Shown: piece after piece, positions 54,646 through 64,000 of the stretch
Layout: every line of letters starts with the position of its first letter
How positions within the stretch are numbered: position 1 is the first letter of the stretch
Assembly: GCA_903901225.1 (NCBI GenBank)
Contig: CAIUQE010000031.1
Span: 28,676-92,675, forward strand
DNA from: Candidatus Omnitrophota bacterium
GTDB taxonomy: Bacteria > Omnitrophota > Gorgyraeia > Zapsychrales > Fredricksoniimonadaceae
Length of the DNA stretch: 64,000 bases
Reading direction: 5' to 3'
Notes under the pieces: model-generated
Seen by the model: the letters and a program-made list of their open reading frames with translations, nothing else
The model's database searches: none
What the model was told of the DNA's origin: nothing
Program-made: the position numbers and the translations under genes

Positions 54646-57228
54646 ATGCCGGATAAAATACTCCTGATCGACGGGCACGCGTTGTGTTATCGCGCTTTTT
54701 ACGCGGTCCAGGAACTGCGCAATGCCAGGGGAGTTCCCACGAACGCGGTTTTCGGGTTTGTGAACATCCTGCGCAGGATCCTGAAAACCTACGCGCCAAG
54801 CCACGCCGCGGCGTGTTTTGACACTGGCAAGCAAACATTTCGCCGCGCGAAATTCGCGGCGTACAAGGTCCAGCGTCCGCCCATGCCGGATGATCTCGCG
54901 TTGCAGATCCCCTTGATCAAGGATGTCCTGCGCGCGTACGGCATACCGGTCTTCGAAAAAGAGGGTTATGAGGCGGATGACGTGATCGCCACGTTCGTCG
55001 CGAAATTCCAGGCGCCGGGCCGTGAGATCATCATCGCGTCCGACGACAAGGATATGCAGCAGCTGATCCAGGAGGGCGTGCGCGTGTATAACAGCCGCCG
55101 GGACGCGCTGCTGGGGCCGGAGGATACGCGGGCGCGTTTTGGCGTTGGCCCCGAGCGGGTGGTCGATTACCTGGCTCTTGCCGGCGACGCGAGCGACAAC
55201 ATTCCGGGGATCAAGGGCGTGGGTGATGTGACCGCGCAGAAGCTCCTGCAGGAATTCGGATCCCTGGACGGCATCCTCGCGAATACCGCCGGGATCAAGG
55301 GCAAGCTTAAAGACAAGGTTGAACAGGGAAAAGACGCGGCGCTCCTCAGCCGTGAACTCGCGACGCTCGACGCGAAGGTCCCCCTGGAGTGTTCTTTGGA
55401 CGATATCCGTTTTGGCCGCCAGGACCGCGGAGAGCTGGCGCGCCTGTTCACGGAACTTGAATTCCGCAGGCTGGCCGATGAATTTTTCAGGGCGGAAGAC
55501 GAAGCTCCGGCTGCGCATGCGCAGCATGCGCCCCATTCTTCTGTCAAGGATGGTGGCCATGACGTGGCGCAATGCGCGGGTGTGGTCCTCTTGACGGGAA
55601 AAGCGGGCGTGCTGCCCGTGATGGGAGATGATGAGGAAGGCCGGCGGATACCGCTGGTGTTCCATGTGGCGGCGAATGGGATCGTGTTCACCCTGGCCCC
55701 TGATGAGCTGGCGGGGCTGGTGGATGTCTGGGCGTCGGCGCAGATCGTCCTGTGCGTGTATGACGCCAAGCCTTTGCTGAAACAACTGGCTTTGTCCGGG
55801 ATCAGCGTCCAGTGCCGTGTTTTTGATGCCTTGCTGGCCGGTTATCTGTTGAAATCAGGGCAGTCGGCGTTCAGTATCCCGGCGCTGGCGAACGCGTACC
55901 TTGACACGGCCATTGCCGATACCGATGACCGCGCGCTGGTTGAGGCCGCGTTGCTTGAGAAACTTAACGGGCCTTTGACCGCCGATCTTGCCGCGAAGGG
56001 CATGACCGGGCTCTTTGAAAATATCGAAATGCCCCTGTGCGCTGTGCTGGCGGCCATGGAAGCCGAGGGTGTCAGGCTTGACATGGACAAGCTGGCGGAA
56101 CTTTCGGGGGTTTGCGCGCGGCGCATCGAGGCCATGACCGGCGAACTTCACGCTCTGGCCGGCGGGGAATTCAATCTTAATTCTCCCAAACAGCTGGGAG
56201 CCGTCCTTTTTGAAAAACTTTCGCTGCCGGTCATGAGGAAAACCAAGACCGGCCCTTCGACGGATGAGGAGGTCCTGCTCAAGCTTGCGCCGTTGCATCC
56301 TTTGCCGGCGCTGGTCCTGGAATACCGTCAGCTGGCGAAGCTCAAGTCCACGTACCTTGATGCCTTGCCGCGGCTGGCCGCGGCGGACGGGCGTATCCAT
56401 TGTTCGTTCAATCAGACGGGCGCGGAGACCGGCCGCCTGAGCGCTGACCATCCTAATTTGCAGAATATTCCCGTGCGCACGGAAATGGGCCGGGAGATCC
56501 GTAAGGCGTTCATCCCTTCGGCTCCGGGTCGGGTCCTTGTGGCGGCGGATTATTCCCAGATCGAACTCAGGTTCCTCGCGCACCTCGCGGCTGAGGTAAA
56601 ACTCAAGGAAGCGTTCGACAAGGGAGAGGATATCCATACGTTCACGGCGGCGTTGATCTTCGAGGTCCCGTTGCCCGAGGTGACGGAGGAGATGCGTTAC
56701 AGGGCCAAACGGATCAATTTCGGGATCATTTACGGCATGAGCGCTTTTGGGTTGGCGAAAGACCTGGGTGTGGCCCAGCGGGAGGCCCAGGATTTTATTG
56801 ACCGGTATTTCCGCCGTTATCCGGGTATCCAGGCGTTCATGGCGCGTTGCGGGCAGGAGGCCAGGGAGCAGGGGTTTGTGACGACGATGTTCGGTCGCCG
56901 CCGTTACATTCCGGATATCAACACCCGCAATCCGGCGCTGCGCCAGTTCGCCGAACGTCAGGCCGTGAACACGCCTGTGCAGGGCGCGGCCGCGGACCTT
57001 ATTAAGTCAGCCATGGTCGGCGTCGAGAGGATGCTGAAGGAAAAGGGCTTCGCCGCGAAAATGATCATCACCGTCCACGATGAACTGGTCTTTGATGTGC
57101 CCGAGGCTGAAGTCGCGCGGCTGGCCCAGAACGCCCGGCATGTCATGGAGCAGGCGGTGGCCCTGTCGGTCCCCGTTGTGGTCACGGTAAAGGCAGGCCC
57201 TAACTGGGCTGAGATGAAAAAGATATGA
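54646..57228 (+). CDS. polA: DNA polymerase I
   Basis: 5'-3' exonuclease domain (ILLIDGHALCYRAFYA). Central 3'-5' exo-like domain. Pol A family motifs A (DYSQIELR), B (RRAKRINFGIIYG) and C (VHDELVFD). Start at ATG 54646; the track's 54547 start lies inside the TPR gene. Confidence 0.95.
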   Translation: MPDKILLIDGHALCYRAFYAVQELRNARGVPTNAVFGFVNILRRILKTYAPSHAAACFDTGKQTFRRAKFAAYKVQRPPMPDDLALQIPLIKDVLRAYGIPVFEKEGYEADDVIATFVAKFQAPGREIIIASDDKDMQQLIQEGVRVYNSRRDALLGPEDTRARFGVGPERVVDYLALAGDASDNIPGIKGVGDVTAQKLLQEFGSLDGILANTAGIKGKLKDKVEQGKDAALLSRELATLDAKVPLECSLDDIRFGRQDRGELARLFTELEFRRLADEFFRAEDEAPAAHAQHAPHSSVKDGGHDVAQCAGVVLLTGKAGVLPVMGDDEEGRRIPLVFHVAANGIVFTLAPDELAGLVDVWASAQIVLCVYDAKPLLKQLALSGISVQCRVFDALLAGYLLKSGQSAFSIPALANAYLDTAIADTDDRALVEAALLEKLNGPLTADLAAKGMTGLFENIEMPLCAVLAAMEAEGVRLDMDKLAELSGVCARRIEAMTGELHALAGGEFNLNSPKQLGAVLFEKLSLPVMRKTKTGPSTDEEVLLKLAPLHPLPALVLEYRQLAKLKSTYLDALPRLAAADGRIHCSFNQTGAETGRLSADHPNLQNIPVRTEMGREIRKAFIPSAPGRVLVAADYSQIELRFLAHLAAEVKLKEAFDKGEDIHTFTAALIFEVPLPEVTEEMRYRAKRINFGIIYGMSAFGLAKDLGVAQREAQDFIDRYFRRYPGIQAFMARCGQEAREQGFVTTMFGRRRYIPDINTRNPALRQFAERQAVNTPVQGAAADLIKSAMVGVERMLKEKGFAAKMIITVHDELVFDVPEAEVARLAQNARHVMEQAVALSVPVVVTVKAGPNWAEMKKI

Positions 57229-58625
57229 GGATCGTTTTTGTCGCTTCAGAAGCGGTGCCTTTTGCCAAGACGGGCGGCCTTGCCGACGTGTGCGGGGCGC
57301 TGCCGCTCGCGCTCGAGCGGTTGGGGCACGAGGTGTCGGTCATCATGCCGGGTTACCGCGGCGTGGGCCGTGCCAAACCTTTCAATGCCCGCGCGAATTT
57401 CACGGTCATCGGCAGGGACGTGAAGGTTTATTTCCTGCGGCATGACGGTTTCTTCGGGCGTTCCCGGCTTTATGGCGACGCGCGGGGAGATTATCCCGAC
57501 AACCTGGAACGTTTTGTTTTTCTTTGCCGGGAAACATTCCATCTTTTGAAGGATATTGGCAAGCCCGTGGACATCATCCATTGCCATGACTGGCAGACGG
57601 GGCTGGTGCCCGTGCTCCTTAAAGAGCAATACCGTCAGGACCCGTTCTTTCAAAATACACGTTCGGTTTTTACGGCGCATAATATGGCGTACCAGGGGGT
57701 TTTTTCGAAGGATGATTTCCCCAAACTCGGCGTTGATCCGGGAACGTTCAGCCCTGCCGGTCTGGAATTTTATGGCAAGATCAACCTCCTTAAAGCAGGG
57801 CTGATCTTCGCGGACCGCGTCACGACCGTCAGCCCCGAATACGCCAGGGAGATACAGAGCAAGGAGTGGGGGTGCGGGCTTGAGGGCGTTGTCAGGGAAC
57901 GGAAAAACAGCCTTGATGGTATTCTTAACGGCCTCGACTATGATCATTGGGACCCCGCAACCGATGCTTTCCTGGACCCGCATTATTCCGTAAAGGACTT
58001 TCAGGCCAAGGATATCCATAAGGAAAATCTTCAGAACGTGTTCCATTTGCCGGTCTTTAACGATATCCCGGTCTTTGGTTTTGTCGGACGGCTTTGTTAT
58101 CAGAAAGGTTTCGATCTTCTTGAAGCGGCTTTTGACGGCCTGATGCAGCGGCCTCTGCAGGTCGTTTTTATCGGTATCGGTGATGAGAAATACCAGAGAA
58201 TGCTCATGAAGCTCGCGAGAAAATATCCACAGCAGTGCGCCAGCGTGATCAGTTATGACGAGGATGTCGCCCACAAGGTTTACGCGGGGTCAGATTTCTT
58301 CCTGATGCCGTCGGTGTATGAACCCTGCGGTTTGACCCAGATGATCGGTTTGCGTTACGGCGCGATCCCGCTGGTCAACGGCGTGGGCGGGCTTTTGGAT
58401 ACCGTGGTGGACTACGGGTCACGAAAAAAACAGGGCAATGGTTTTGTCATGGAAAATTACAGCGTTTCGGCCCTGCTGGGGGCGGTGGACCGCGCGCTCG
58501 GCATTTATCATCAGAAGGGCCGCTGGGACGAGTTGCGGGCCCGTGGCATGGCGTGTCGCTGGACATGGGATGTGTCGGCGCGGCAATATAGCGAGGTTTA
58601 CAGGTTATGCTCAGGATCGGCCTGA
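57225..58625 (+). CDS. glgA: glycogen (starch) synthase
   Basis: MRIVFVASEAVPFAKTGGLADV (KTGGL motif). GT5 architecture. Confidence 0.9.
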   Translation: MRIVFVASEAVPFAKTGGLADVCGALPLALERLGHEVSVIMPGYRGVGRAKPFNARANFTVIGRDVKVYFLRHDGFFGRSRLYGDARGDYPDNLERFVFLCRETFHLLKDIGKPVDIIHCHDWQTGLVPVLLKEQYRQDPFFQNTRSVFTAHNMAYQGVFSKDDFPKLGVDPGTFSPAGLEFYGKINLLKAGLIFADRVTTVSPEYAREIQSKEWGCGLEGVVRERKNSLDGILNGLDYDHWDPATDAFLDPHYSVKDFQAKDIHKENLQNVFHLPVFNDIPVFGFVGRLCYQKGFDLLEAAFDGLMQRPLQVVFIGIGDEKYQRMLMKLARKYPQQCASVISYDEDVAHKVYAGSDFFLMPSVYEPCGLTQMIGLRYGAIPLVNGVGGLLDTVVDYGSRKKQGNGFVMENYSVSALLGAVDRALGIYHQKGRWDELRARGMACRWTWDVSARQYSEVYRLCSGSA

Positions 58626-59218
58626 CGGGAAGTTTCGGGGCGGGCAAGACCACGGTCGCGGCCATGTTCAAAGCGCGCGGGGCGAGGGTCATTGACGCGG
58701 ACGCGTTGGGCCACGCCGTGCTCAGGCATGACAAGGCGTGCATCCGGGCGATAGGAAAGAAATTTGGCCGGGGCGTCATCTCAACCGGCAGGGTTGATCG
58801 CGCGCGGCTGGGCAAGGTTGTCTTCGCTGATCCGTCCGCGTTGAAAGCCCTGGATAAGATCGTGCATCCGGCGCTGGAACGGCTTATCAGGGAAGAACTC
58901 GCGTCCGCCGTCGCGAAGAACAAACCGGTGGTCCTGGACGCGGCCCTTCTCATTGAGGCGGGGTGGCATAAGTTCATGGATGCTGTTATAGTTGTCAAGG
59001 CGCGGCGCGCTGTCCAGGTTGAACGCGCCATGTCCCGCACCGGCCTTTCAAGGGCTGAGGTCACCCAGCGCATCCGTCGGCAGATGCCTTTGGTAAAAAA
59101 GGTCGCATATGCCGCGCATGTGATAGATAACAGCGGTTCAGCCGCAGCAACAGAGAAACACGTCGAGCGGATCTTTCGATCCCTCACAAACCCCATCCGA
59201 CAGGAGAAAGCATCATGA
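58607..59218 (+). CDS. coaE: dephospho-CoA kinase
   Basis: [18 protein letters not shown]-loop and IDADALGH. Confidence 0.9.
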   Translation: MLRIGLTGSFGAGKTTVAAMFKARGARVIDADALGHAVLRHDKACIRAIGKKFGRGVISTGRVDRARLGKVVFADPSALKALDKIVHPALERLIREELASAVAKNKPVVLDAALLIEAGWHKFMDAVIVVKARRAVQVERAMSRTGLSRAEVTQRIRRQMPLVKKVAYAAHVIDNSGSAAATEKHVERIFRSLTNPIRQEKAS

Positions 59219-60570
59219 CGAAAGAACCCAAGAGCGAACGCGCCAGTGCCAAGGACGAAGTGGCCGCACCCGCGGCGGCATCCGCGCCGGCGTCCGCGCC
59301 GGTCAACGGCGGCACGGCTAAGACCCTGAATATCGAGGAATTGAAAGAAATGAAGATGGCGGAGCTTTCGCAGACGGCGCGCGCGCTCAATGTCGAGGGT
59401 GTCAGCGTCCTGAAAAAGCACGACCTCATTTTTAAGATCCTGCAGGCGCAGGCGGAAAAGGACGGCCTCATGTTCGGCTCGGGCGTCCTGGAAGTCCTCT
59501 CTGAAGGCTTCGGCTTCCTGAGGAGCTCCGGTTACAATTATTTGCCATGTCCCGATGACATTTATATTTCCCCGTCGCAGATCAGGCGCTTTGACCTGAA
59601 GACCGGCGACACGGTGAGCGGCCAGATCCGCCCGCCCAAGGAGGGAGAGAAATATTTTGCCCTCCTGAAGGTCGAGGCGGTCAACCTGGAGAACCCCGAC
59701 AAGTGCAAGGACAAGATCCTTTTTGACAACCTGACGCCGCTTTATCCCAATGAACGGTTGAAGCTGGAGAGCCCGGACGATATTTCCATGCGCATCATGG
59801 ACCTGTTGACCCCCATCGGAAAAGGGCAGAGGGCACTGATCGTCGCGCCGCCCTACAGCGGCAAGACCGTGCTCCTGCAGAAGATCGCCAACGCCATCAC
59901 GCTCAACCATCCGGAAGTGGTCATGATCGTCCTTCTGATCGACGAGCGCCCGGAAGAGGTCACGGACATGCAGCGCGGCGTCAAGGCCGAGGTCGTTTCA
60001 TCGACCTTCGACGAGCCGGCGGAGCGCCACGTCCAGGTCGCGGAGATCGTGCTCGAGAAAGCCAAACGTCTCGTTGAACACAAGCGCGACGTCGTCATCC
60101 TGCTGGATTCCATCACGCGCCTGGCACGCGCCTACAACACCGTTGTGCCGCATTCGGGCAAGATCCTTTCCGGTGGTGTTGATTCCAGCGCGCTGCACAA
60201 GCCCAAGCGTTTCTTCGGTGCCGCGCGCAACATCGAGGAGGGCGGGTCGCTCACGATCATCGCCACGGCCCTGGTCGATACCGGCAGCCGCATGGACGAG
60301 GTCATTTTCGAGGAGTTCAAGGGGACGGGTAACATGGAACTCCAGCTCGACCGCAGCCTCTTCCAGCGCCGCATTTATCCGGCCATCGACATCAAGCGTT
60401 CCAACACGCGCCATGAGGAGCTGTTGACAACGAAGGAACAGTTGCAGCGGATGTGGCTCCTGCGCAAGGTTTTCAACGACCTCAATTCCGCGGAGGCGAT
60501 GGAAATTTTGATCCAGAAAATGTCCCAGGCCAAGAACAACGAGGAATTCTTGCAAAATATGAACAAATAA
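59215..60570 (+). CDS. rho: transcription termination factor Rho
   Basis: Low-complexity Ala/Pro-rich N-terminal extension, then the Rho N-terminal domain ([18 protein letters not shown]), the OB fold ([15 protein letters not shown]) and the RecA-like ATPase (Walker [11 protein letters not shown]). Confidence 0.95.
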   Translation: MTKEPKSERASAKDEVAAPAAASAPASAPVNGGTAKTLNIEELKEMKMAELSQTARALNVEGVSVLKKHDLIFKILQAQAEKDGLMFGSGVLEVLSEGFGFLRSSGYNYLPCPDDIYISPSQIRRFDLKTGDTVSGQIRPPKEGEKYFALLKVEAVNLENPDKCKDKILFDNLTPLYPNERLKLESPDDISMRIMDLLTPIGKGQRALIVAPPYSGKTVLLQKIANAITLNHPEVVMIVLLIDERPEEVTDMQRGVKAEVVSSTFDEPAERHVQVAEIVLEKAKRLVEHKRDVVILLDSITRLARAYNTVVPHSGKILSGGVDSSALHKPKRFFGAARNIEEGGSLTIIATALVDTGSRMDEVIFEEFKGTGNMELQLDRSLFQRRIYPAIDIKRSNTRHEELLTTKEQLQRMWLLRKVFNDLNSAEAMEILIQKMSQAKNNEEFLQNMNK

Positions 60571-60655
60571 GCTATAATTTCGCCTCATTTGAAACCTGCG
60601 CAACCCCGGGGGGGTGGCAGGGAAGGGCGTGACCGGTTAACAGAAGGAAGGCATT

Positions 60656-60859
60656 ATGAAAGACGGAATTCATCCTGATTATCAGGAAACAACGATCACC
60701 TGCGCGTGCGGCCGCGTGATGCACACGAGGGCCACCAGAAAGAACATCCGCGTCGAGATCTGCGCGAGCTGCCATCCGTTCTTCACGGGGTCCAAGAAGA
60801 TCCTTGATACCACGGGACGCATTGAACGCTTCCAGAAGCGTTATGCTAAAGGAAAGTAA
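60656..60859 (+). CDS. rpmE: 50S ribosomal protein L31 (Zn-ribbon type)
   Basis: MKDGIHPDY..., with Cys pairs CAC...CASCHPF. Confidence 0.9.
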   Translation: MKDGIHPDYQETTITCACGRVMHTRATRKNIRVEICASCHPFFTGSKKILDTTGRIERFQKRYAKGK

Positions 60860-61919
60860 TCTCAAACGCCTGGCGGACGCCACAGCCCGCCAGGCGGAAC
60901 TTGAGAGCTTGCTCGCCCTCGCCACGACAGTGGCCGACCAGGACAAATACCAGAAACTTGCCAAAGAATTTTCCGACCTTACGCCGGTCGTAGAGCTGCA
61001 AAAAGCCTACGCAAGGACGCTCGCGCATACGGCCGAGGTCCGTCCTATGATCGCCACCGAGAAGGACCGTGACCTGCGTGAGATGGCCCAGCACGAGCTT
61101 GCCGAGCTTGAAGCCGCGCGTGAAGACCTCGAAACACGGATCAACGATTTCTTCGATCCTCTGAAGAATGAGAAAGACCGTGATGTCATCCTGGAGATCC
61201 GCGCCGGTACCGGAGGCGTCGAGGCGAGCATTTTTGTCGGTGACCTTTACCGGATGTATACCAAATACGCCGCGTCCAGGGGTTGGAAGATCGACCCCAT
61301 TGCCATTAGCGAGGGTGAAAAAGGTTTTAAGGAAGTCGTGTTCAGCGTCAGCGGCAAAGGCGCCTCGCGCCGGTTGAAATGGGAGAGCGGCACCCACCGG
61401 GTGCAGCGCGTTCCTGAGACCGAAGCCGCGGGCCGTATCCATACGTCAGCCGCGACCGTCGCGGTGCTGTTCGAGCCTGAAGAGGTCGACCTGGTCATTG
61501 ACACGAAGGACCTGAAGATCGATGTGTACCGTTCCTCCGGGCCGGGCGGGCAGAGCGTCAACACGGCGGACTCCGCGATCCGCGTCACGCACTTGCCGAC
61601 GGGCATGGTCGTGGTCTGTCAGGACGAGCGTTCCCAACTGAAGAACCGCATCAAGGCGATGCGCGTCCTGCGCGCGCGCCTGGGGGATTTCATGCAGCAG
61701 GAAAGGGCGAAGAAAGAGGCCGCCGCGCGCAAGGCCCAGGTCGGGACCGGCGACAGGAGCGAGAAGATCCGCACGTATAATTTCCCGGACCACAGGGTGA
61801 CCGACCATCGCGTCGGGTTTACGACCCATCAGCTGCCGGCTGTCATGGAAGGTGATCTCGATGAATTGTTCGACGCGATCCTGAGGGCCGAAGAGGACAT
61901 GCGGGACCAGGCTCAATGA
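60843..61919 (+). CDS. prfA: peptide chain release factor 1
   Basis: GGQ motif (GPGGQSVNT). RF1-type tripeptide region [18 protein letters not shown] (P-x-T). Start at ATG 60843 overlapping the rpmE 3' end; the track's upstream ATG at 60804 is deeper inside rpmE. Confidence 0.9.
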   Translation: MLKESNLKRLADATARQAELESLLALATTVADQDKYQKLAKEFSDLTPVVELQKAYARTLAHTAEVRPMIATEKDRDLREMAQHELAELEAAREDLETRINDFFDPLKNEKDRDVILEIRAGTGGVEASIFVGDLYRMYTKYAASRGWKIDPIAISEGEKGFKEVVFSVSGKGASRRLKWESGTHRVQRVPETEAAGRIHTSAATVAVLFEPEEVDLVIDTKDLKIDVYRSSGPGGQSVNTADSAIRVTHLPTGMVVVCQDERSQLKNRIKAMRVLRARLGDFMQQERAKKEAAARKAQVGTGDRSEKIRTYNFPDHRVTDHRVGFTTHQLPAVMEGDLDELFDAILRAEEDMRDQAQ

Positions 61920-62704
61920 CGGACGATGAATTTTTCCTTACGGCGATCCTCGATCGCAAGCGTTCTGATCTCTATACCCATCCCGTGCCGCTTGATCCGC
62001 CGCAGCAGGCGCGGTTCGATGAGATGCGCCGCCGCCGCGCCGCGGGTGAGCCGGTGCAGTACATCACGGGATGGACGGAATTCTTCGGCTATCGTTTTGA
62101 GGTGGGGCCGGGCGTTCTTGTGCCGCGTCCTGAGACCGAGGTTCTGGCCGATCTTCTTATCAGGGAATTGAAGGCGCAGGGGAAGAAGGAATATTTTATC
62201 CTCGATATCGGCACGGGTTGTGGTTGCCTGGCGGTCACCATGGTCAAAGAATTGCCGAATTCCCATGTTGTGGCATTGGACGTTTCCGAAGAAGCGCTTG
62301 CGTATGCCCGGCGGAACGCCGAAGTAAACGGGGTGGCGGACCGGATCGAATTCGTCCAGCGCGATATGTTCTGGTTCATGGATGAGACGTTGCACCGCTT
62401 CGACGCGGTGGTGTCAAATCCCCCCTATATCCCGGAGGCGATGATCGCCACGCTGCCCGCAGATGTCAGGAAAGAGCCACTGCTGGCGCTGGAGGCGGGC
62501 CCGGACGGGTTGCATTTTTTCAGGTTCATCATCCCTTCGTCCTGCCGAGCCCTTAAATCCGGCGGGGTCATTGCCGTCGAGATGGGGGATGGCCAGGCCA
62601 AAGAGTTGCAAAACCTCTTTGCCATCACGGGCCCTTGGGATAAAATAAAAATCTGTGATGACAACGCCGGCAGGCCAAGGGTGGCCATGGCGTGCAAACG
62701 GTAA
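61916..62704 (+). CDS. prmC: release factor glutamine N5-methyltransferase
   Basis: VVSNPPY (NPPY) and the SAM-binding [10 protein letters not shown]. Its start overlaps the prfA stop. Confidence 0.9.
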   Translation: MTDDEFFLTAILDRKRSDLYTHPVPLDPPQQARFDEMRRRRAAGEPVQYITGWTEFFGYRFEVGPGVLVPRPETEVLADLLIRELKAQGKKEYFILDIGTGCGCLAVTMVKELPNSHVVALDVSEEALAYARRNAEVNGVADRIEFVQRDMFWFMDETLHRFDAVVSNPPYIPEAMIATLPADVRKEPLLALEAGPDGLHFFRFIIPSSCRALKSGGVIAVEMGDGQAKELQNLFAITGPWDKIKICDDNAGRPRVAMACKR

Positions 62705-62729
62705 CAACTTCCGGATAAAGACAACTACC

Positions 62730-63998
62730 ATGGAAAAACTTGTCATTGAAGGCGGCAAAACCCTCAAGGGTGAAGTCAGGATCAGCGGTTCGAAGAACGC
62801 CACGCTTCCGGTGCTCGCGGCGACACTGCTGACCAATGAAACCTGTATCCTGCGCAATGTGCCGCGGCTGAGCGACACCTCGACCATGATCAAGCTCCTG
62901 AAGGCCCTGGGCAAGGATGTCGAGTGGGACAAGGACAAGGATGAGCTGATCATCATGTCCACCGGGACGCTCAATTCCGTGGCGACCTACGAACTTGTTT
63001 CGACGATGCGGGGGTCCATTTGCGTGCTGGGGCCTCTTCTGGCAAAACTCGGTGAGGCGAAGGTTTCCCTGCCCGGCGGTTGCGTTATCGGCGTGCGGCC
63101 CGTCGACCTTCACCAGAAGGGCATTGAGGCGCTCGGCGCCAAAGTGACCATCGAGGGCGGGTACATCATCGCCAAGGCGAAAAAGCTCAAAGGGACGCGG
63201 GTCTACCTGGCCGGGGCTTCTGGCCCGTCGGTGCTTGGCACGGCCAACATCATGATGGCGGCCACCCTCGCGGAGGGCGAGACGGCCATTGAATGCGCGG
63301 CCTGCGAACCTGAGGTCGAGGACCTTGCCAATTTTCTCAATGCCATGGGAGCCCGTATCCGGGGGCAGGGCAGCCCGCGTATCGTGATCCACGGTGTCAG
63401 GAAACTTCACGGCGCGGATTTTAAGATGTCGTCGGACCGTATCGAGGGAGGCACGTTCGTCCTGCTGGCGGCCATGGCGCGCAGCAATTTTGTCATTCGC
63501 GGCATCGATTATACCCAACTGACCGCGCTCGACGATGTGCTCAACCATATCGGGGTCAAAGTCGAGGCCGACAAGGATGTCGTGCGCGTCAAGTCCCCGA
63601 AGATACTCAAGCCTTTCAGCATCACCACGTATCCTTACCCGGGTTTTCCGACCGACCTTCAGGCCCAGTACACGGCCATCATGGCGCTCACCAACGGCGT
63701 CAGCGTCATTCGCGACACGGTGTTCCCCGACAGGTTCATGCACGTGGCGGAGCTCGCGCGCATGGGGGCGAGGATCCGCCGTGAGGGCGGGTGCGTCATT
63801 GTCGAGGGGGTCAAGGAGCTTTCGGGCGCCCCGGTGACGGCCTCCGACCTGCGCGCGTCGGCGGCGCTGGTCATGGCGGGGCTCGTGGCACAGGGAAAGA
63901 CCGAGATCCGCCGCGTCTATCACCTGGACCGCGGTTATGAGAATATCGACAAGAAGCTGGTGGCCCTGGGCGCTTCGATCAAGAGGCAAAAAGAATGA
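62730..63998 (+). CDS. murA: UDP-N-acetylglucosamine 1-carboxyvinyltransferase
   Basis: MEKLVIEGGKTLKGEVRISGSKNATLP. Catalytic Cys in LPGGCVIGVRPVDLH. Confidence 0.95.
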   Translation: MEKLVIEGGKTLKGEVRISGSKNATLPVLAATLLTNETCILRNVPRLSDTSTMIKLLKALGKDVEWDKDKDELIIMSTGTLNSVATYELVSTMRGSICVLGPLLAKLGEAKVSLPGGCVIGVRPVDLHQKGIEALGAKVTIEGGYIIAKAKKLKGTRVYLAGASGPSVLGTANIMMAATLAEGETAIECAACEPEVEDLANFLNAMGARIRGQGSPRIVIHGVRKLHGADFKMSSDRIEGGTFVLLAAMARSNFVIRGIDYTQLTALDDVLNHIGVKVEADKDVVRVKSPKILKPFSITTYPYPGFPTDLQAQYTAIMALTNGVSVIRDTVFPDRFMHVAELARMGARIRREGGCVIVEGVKELSGAPVTASDLRASAALVMAGLVAQGKTEIRRVYHLDRGYENIDKKLVALGASIKRQKE

Positions 63999-64000
63999 TC

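Noticed and set aside
54100-55785. 561-aa minus-strand ORF spanning the TPR gene and polA 5' region
   Set aside because: Antisense to two motif-supported + strand genes. It is extremely Arg/Pro-rich and low-complexity.
60571-60655. G-rich stretch (CCCCGGGGGGGTGGCAGGGAAGGG) upstream of rpmE as a possible riboswitch or G-quadruplex
   Set aside because: Too short, and lacking the multiple G-tracts or conserved riboswitch structure I could verify by eye. It is most likely just a GC-rich leader with an RBS (GAAGGAAGG).
62625-63989. 454-aa minus-strand ORF antisense to murA
   Set aside because: Shadow of murA. murA shows the catalytic Cys loop and a full-length match on the + strand.

Overview
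This is a 64-kb, high-GC bacterial chromosomal segment with a few clearly AT-richer islands. All credible genes (about 70) lie on the + strand, and every long minus-strand ORF is a GC-rich shadow frame.

Content in order:
- 27-1619: an AT-rich orphan ORF, followed by tRNA-Pro(CGG) with its promoter and palindromic repeats.
- 1971-9599: acyP, ligA, a lipoprotein, xerD, a CCA-family nucleotidyltransferase, rbfA, nrnA, truB and ribF.
- 9844-26749: a complete but atypical dcw cell-wall/division cluster: mraZ, a 95-aa ORF, rsmH, ftsL, ftsI, murE, murF, mraY, murD, ftsW, murG, a secreted HExxH peptidase, a murC::ddl fusion, ftsQ, ftsA and a CheY-like response regulator. murB and ftsZ are not in the cluster.
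- 26736-30769: queA and tgt, bracketing a GGCT-like gene and an HD-GYP sensor.
- 30813-34095: a heme-oxygenase-like fusion protein, a hendecad coiled-coil membrane protein, and periplasmic msrB/msrA.
- 34122-40177: a marR / outer-membrane factor (OMF) / RND / MFS efflux locus with no adaptor protein.
- 40164-42303: trmD, rplS, rnhB and yraN.
- 42376-49650: an exosortase-type exopolysaccharide locus (beta-barrel OMP, rSAM/SPASM, GT4, EpsH exosortase, EpsI) split by an AT-rich insertion carrying an orphan type-I aroD and a DUF4143 ATPase with duplication scars.
- 49789-51183: a tripartite HipB/HipS/HipT-like toxin-antitoxin module.
- 51371-63998: fchA-folD, a degenerate pyridine nucleotide-disulfide oxidoreductase, a TPR protein, polA, glgA, coaE, rho, rpmE, prfA, prmC and murA.

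I cannot assign the organism, and I could run no database searches. All calls rest on motifs read directly from the translations and the DNA.
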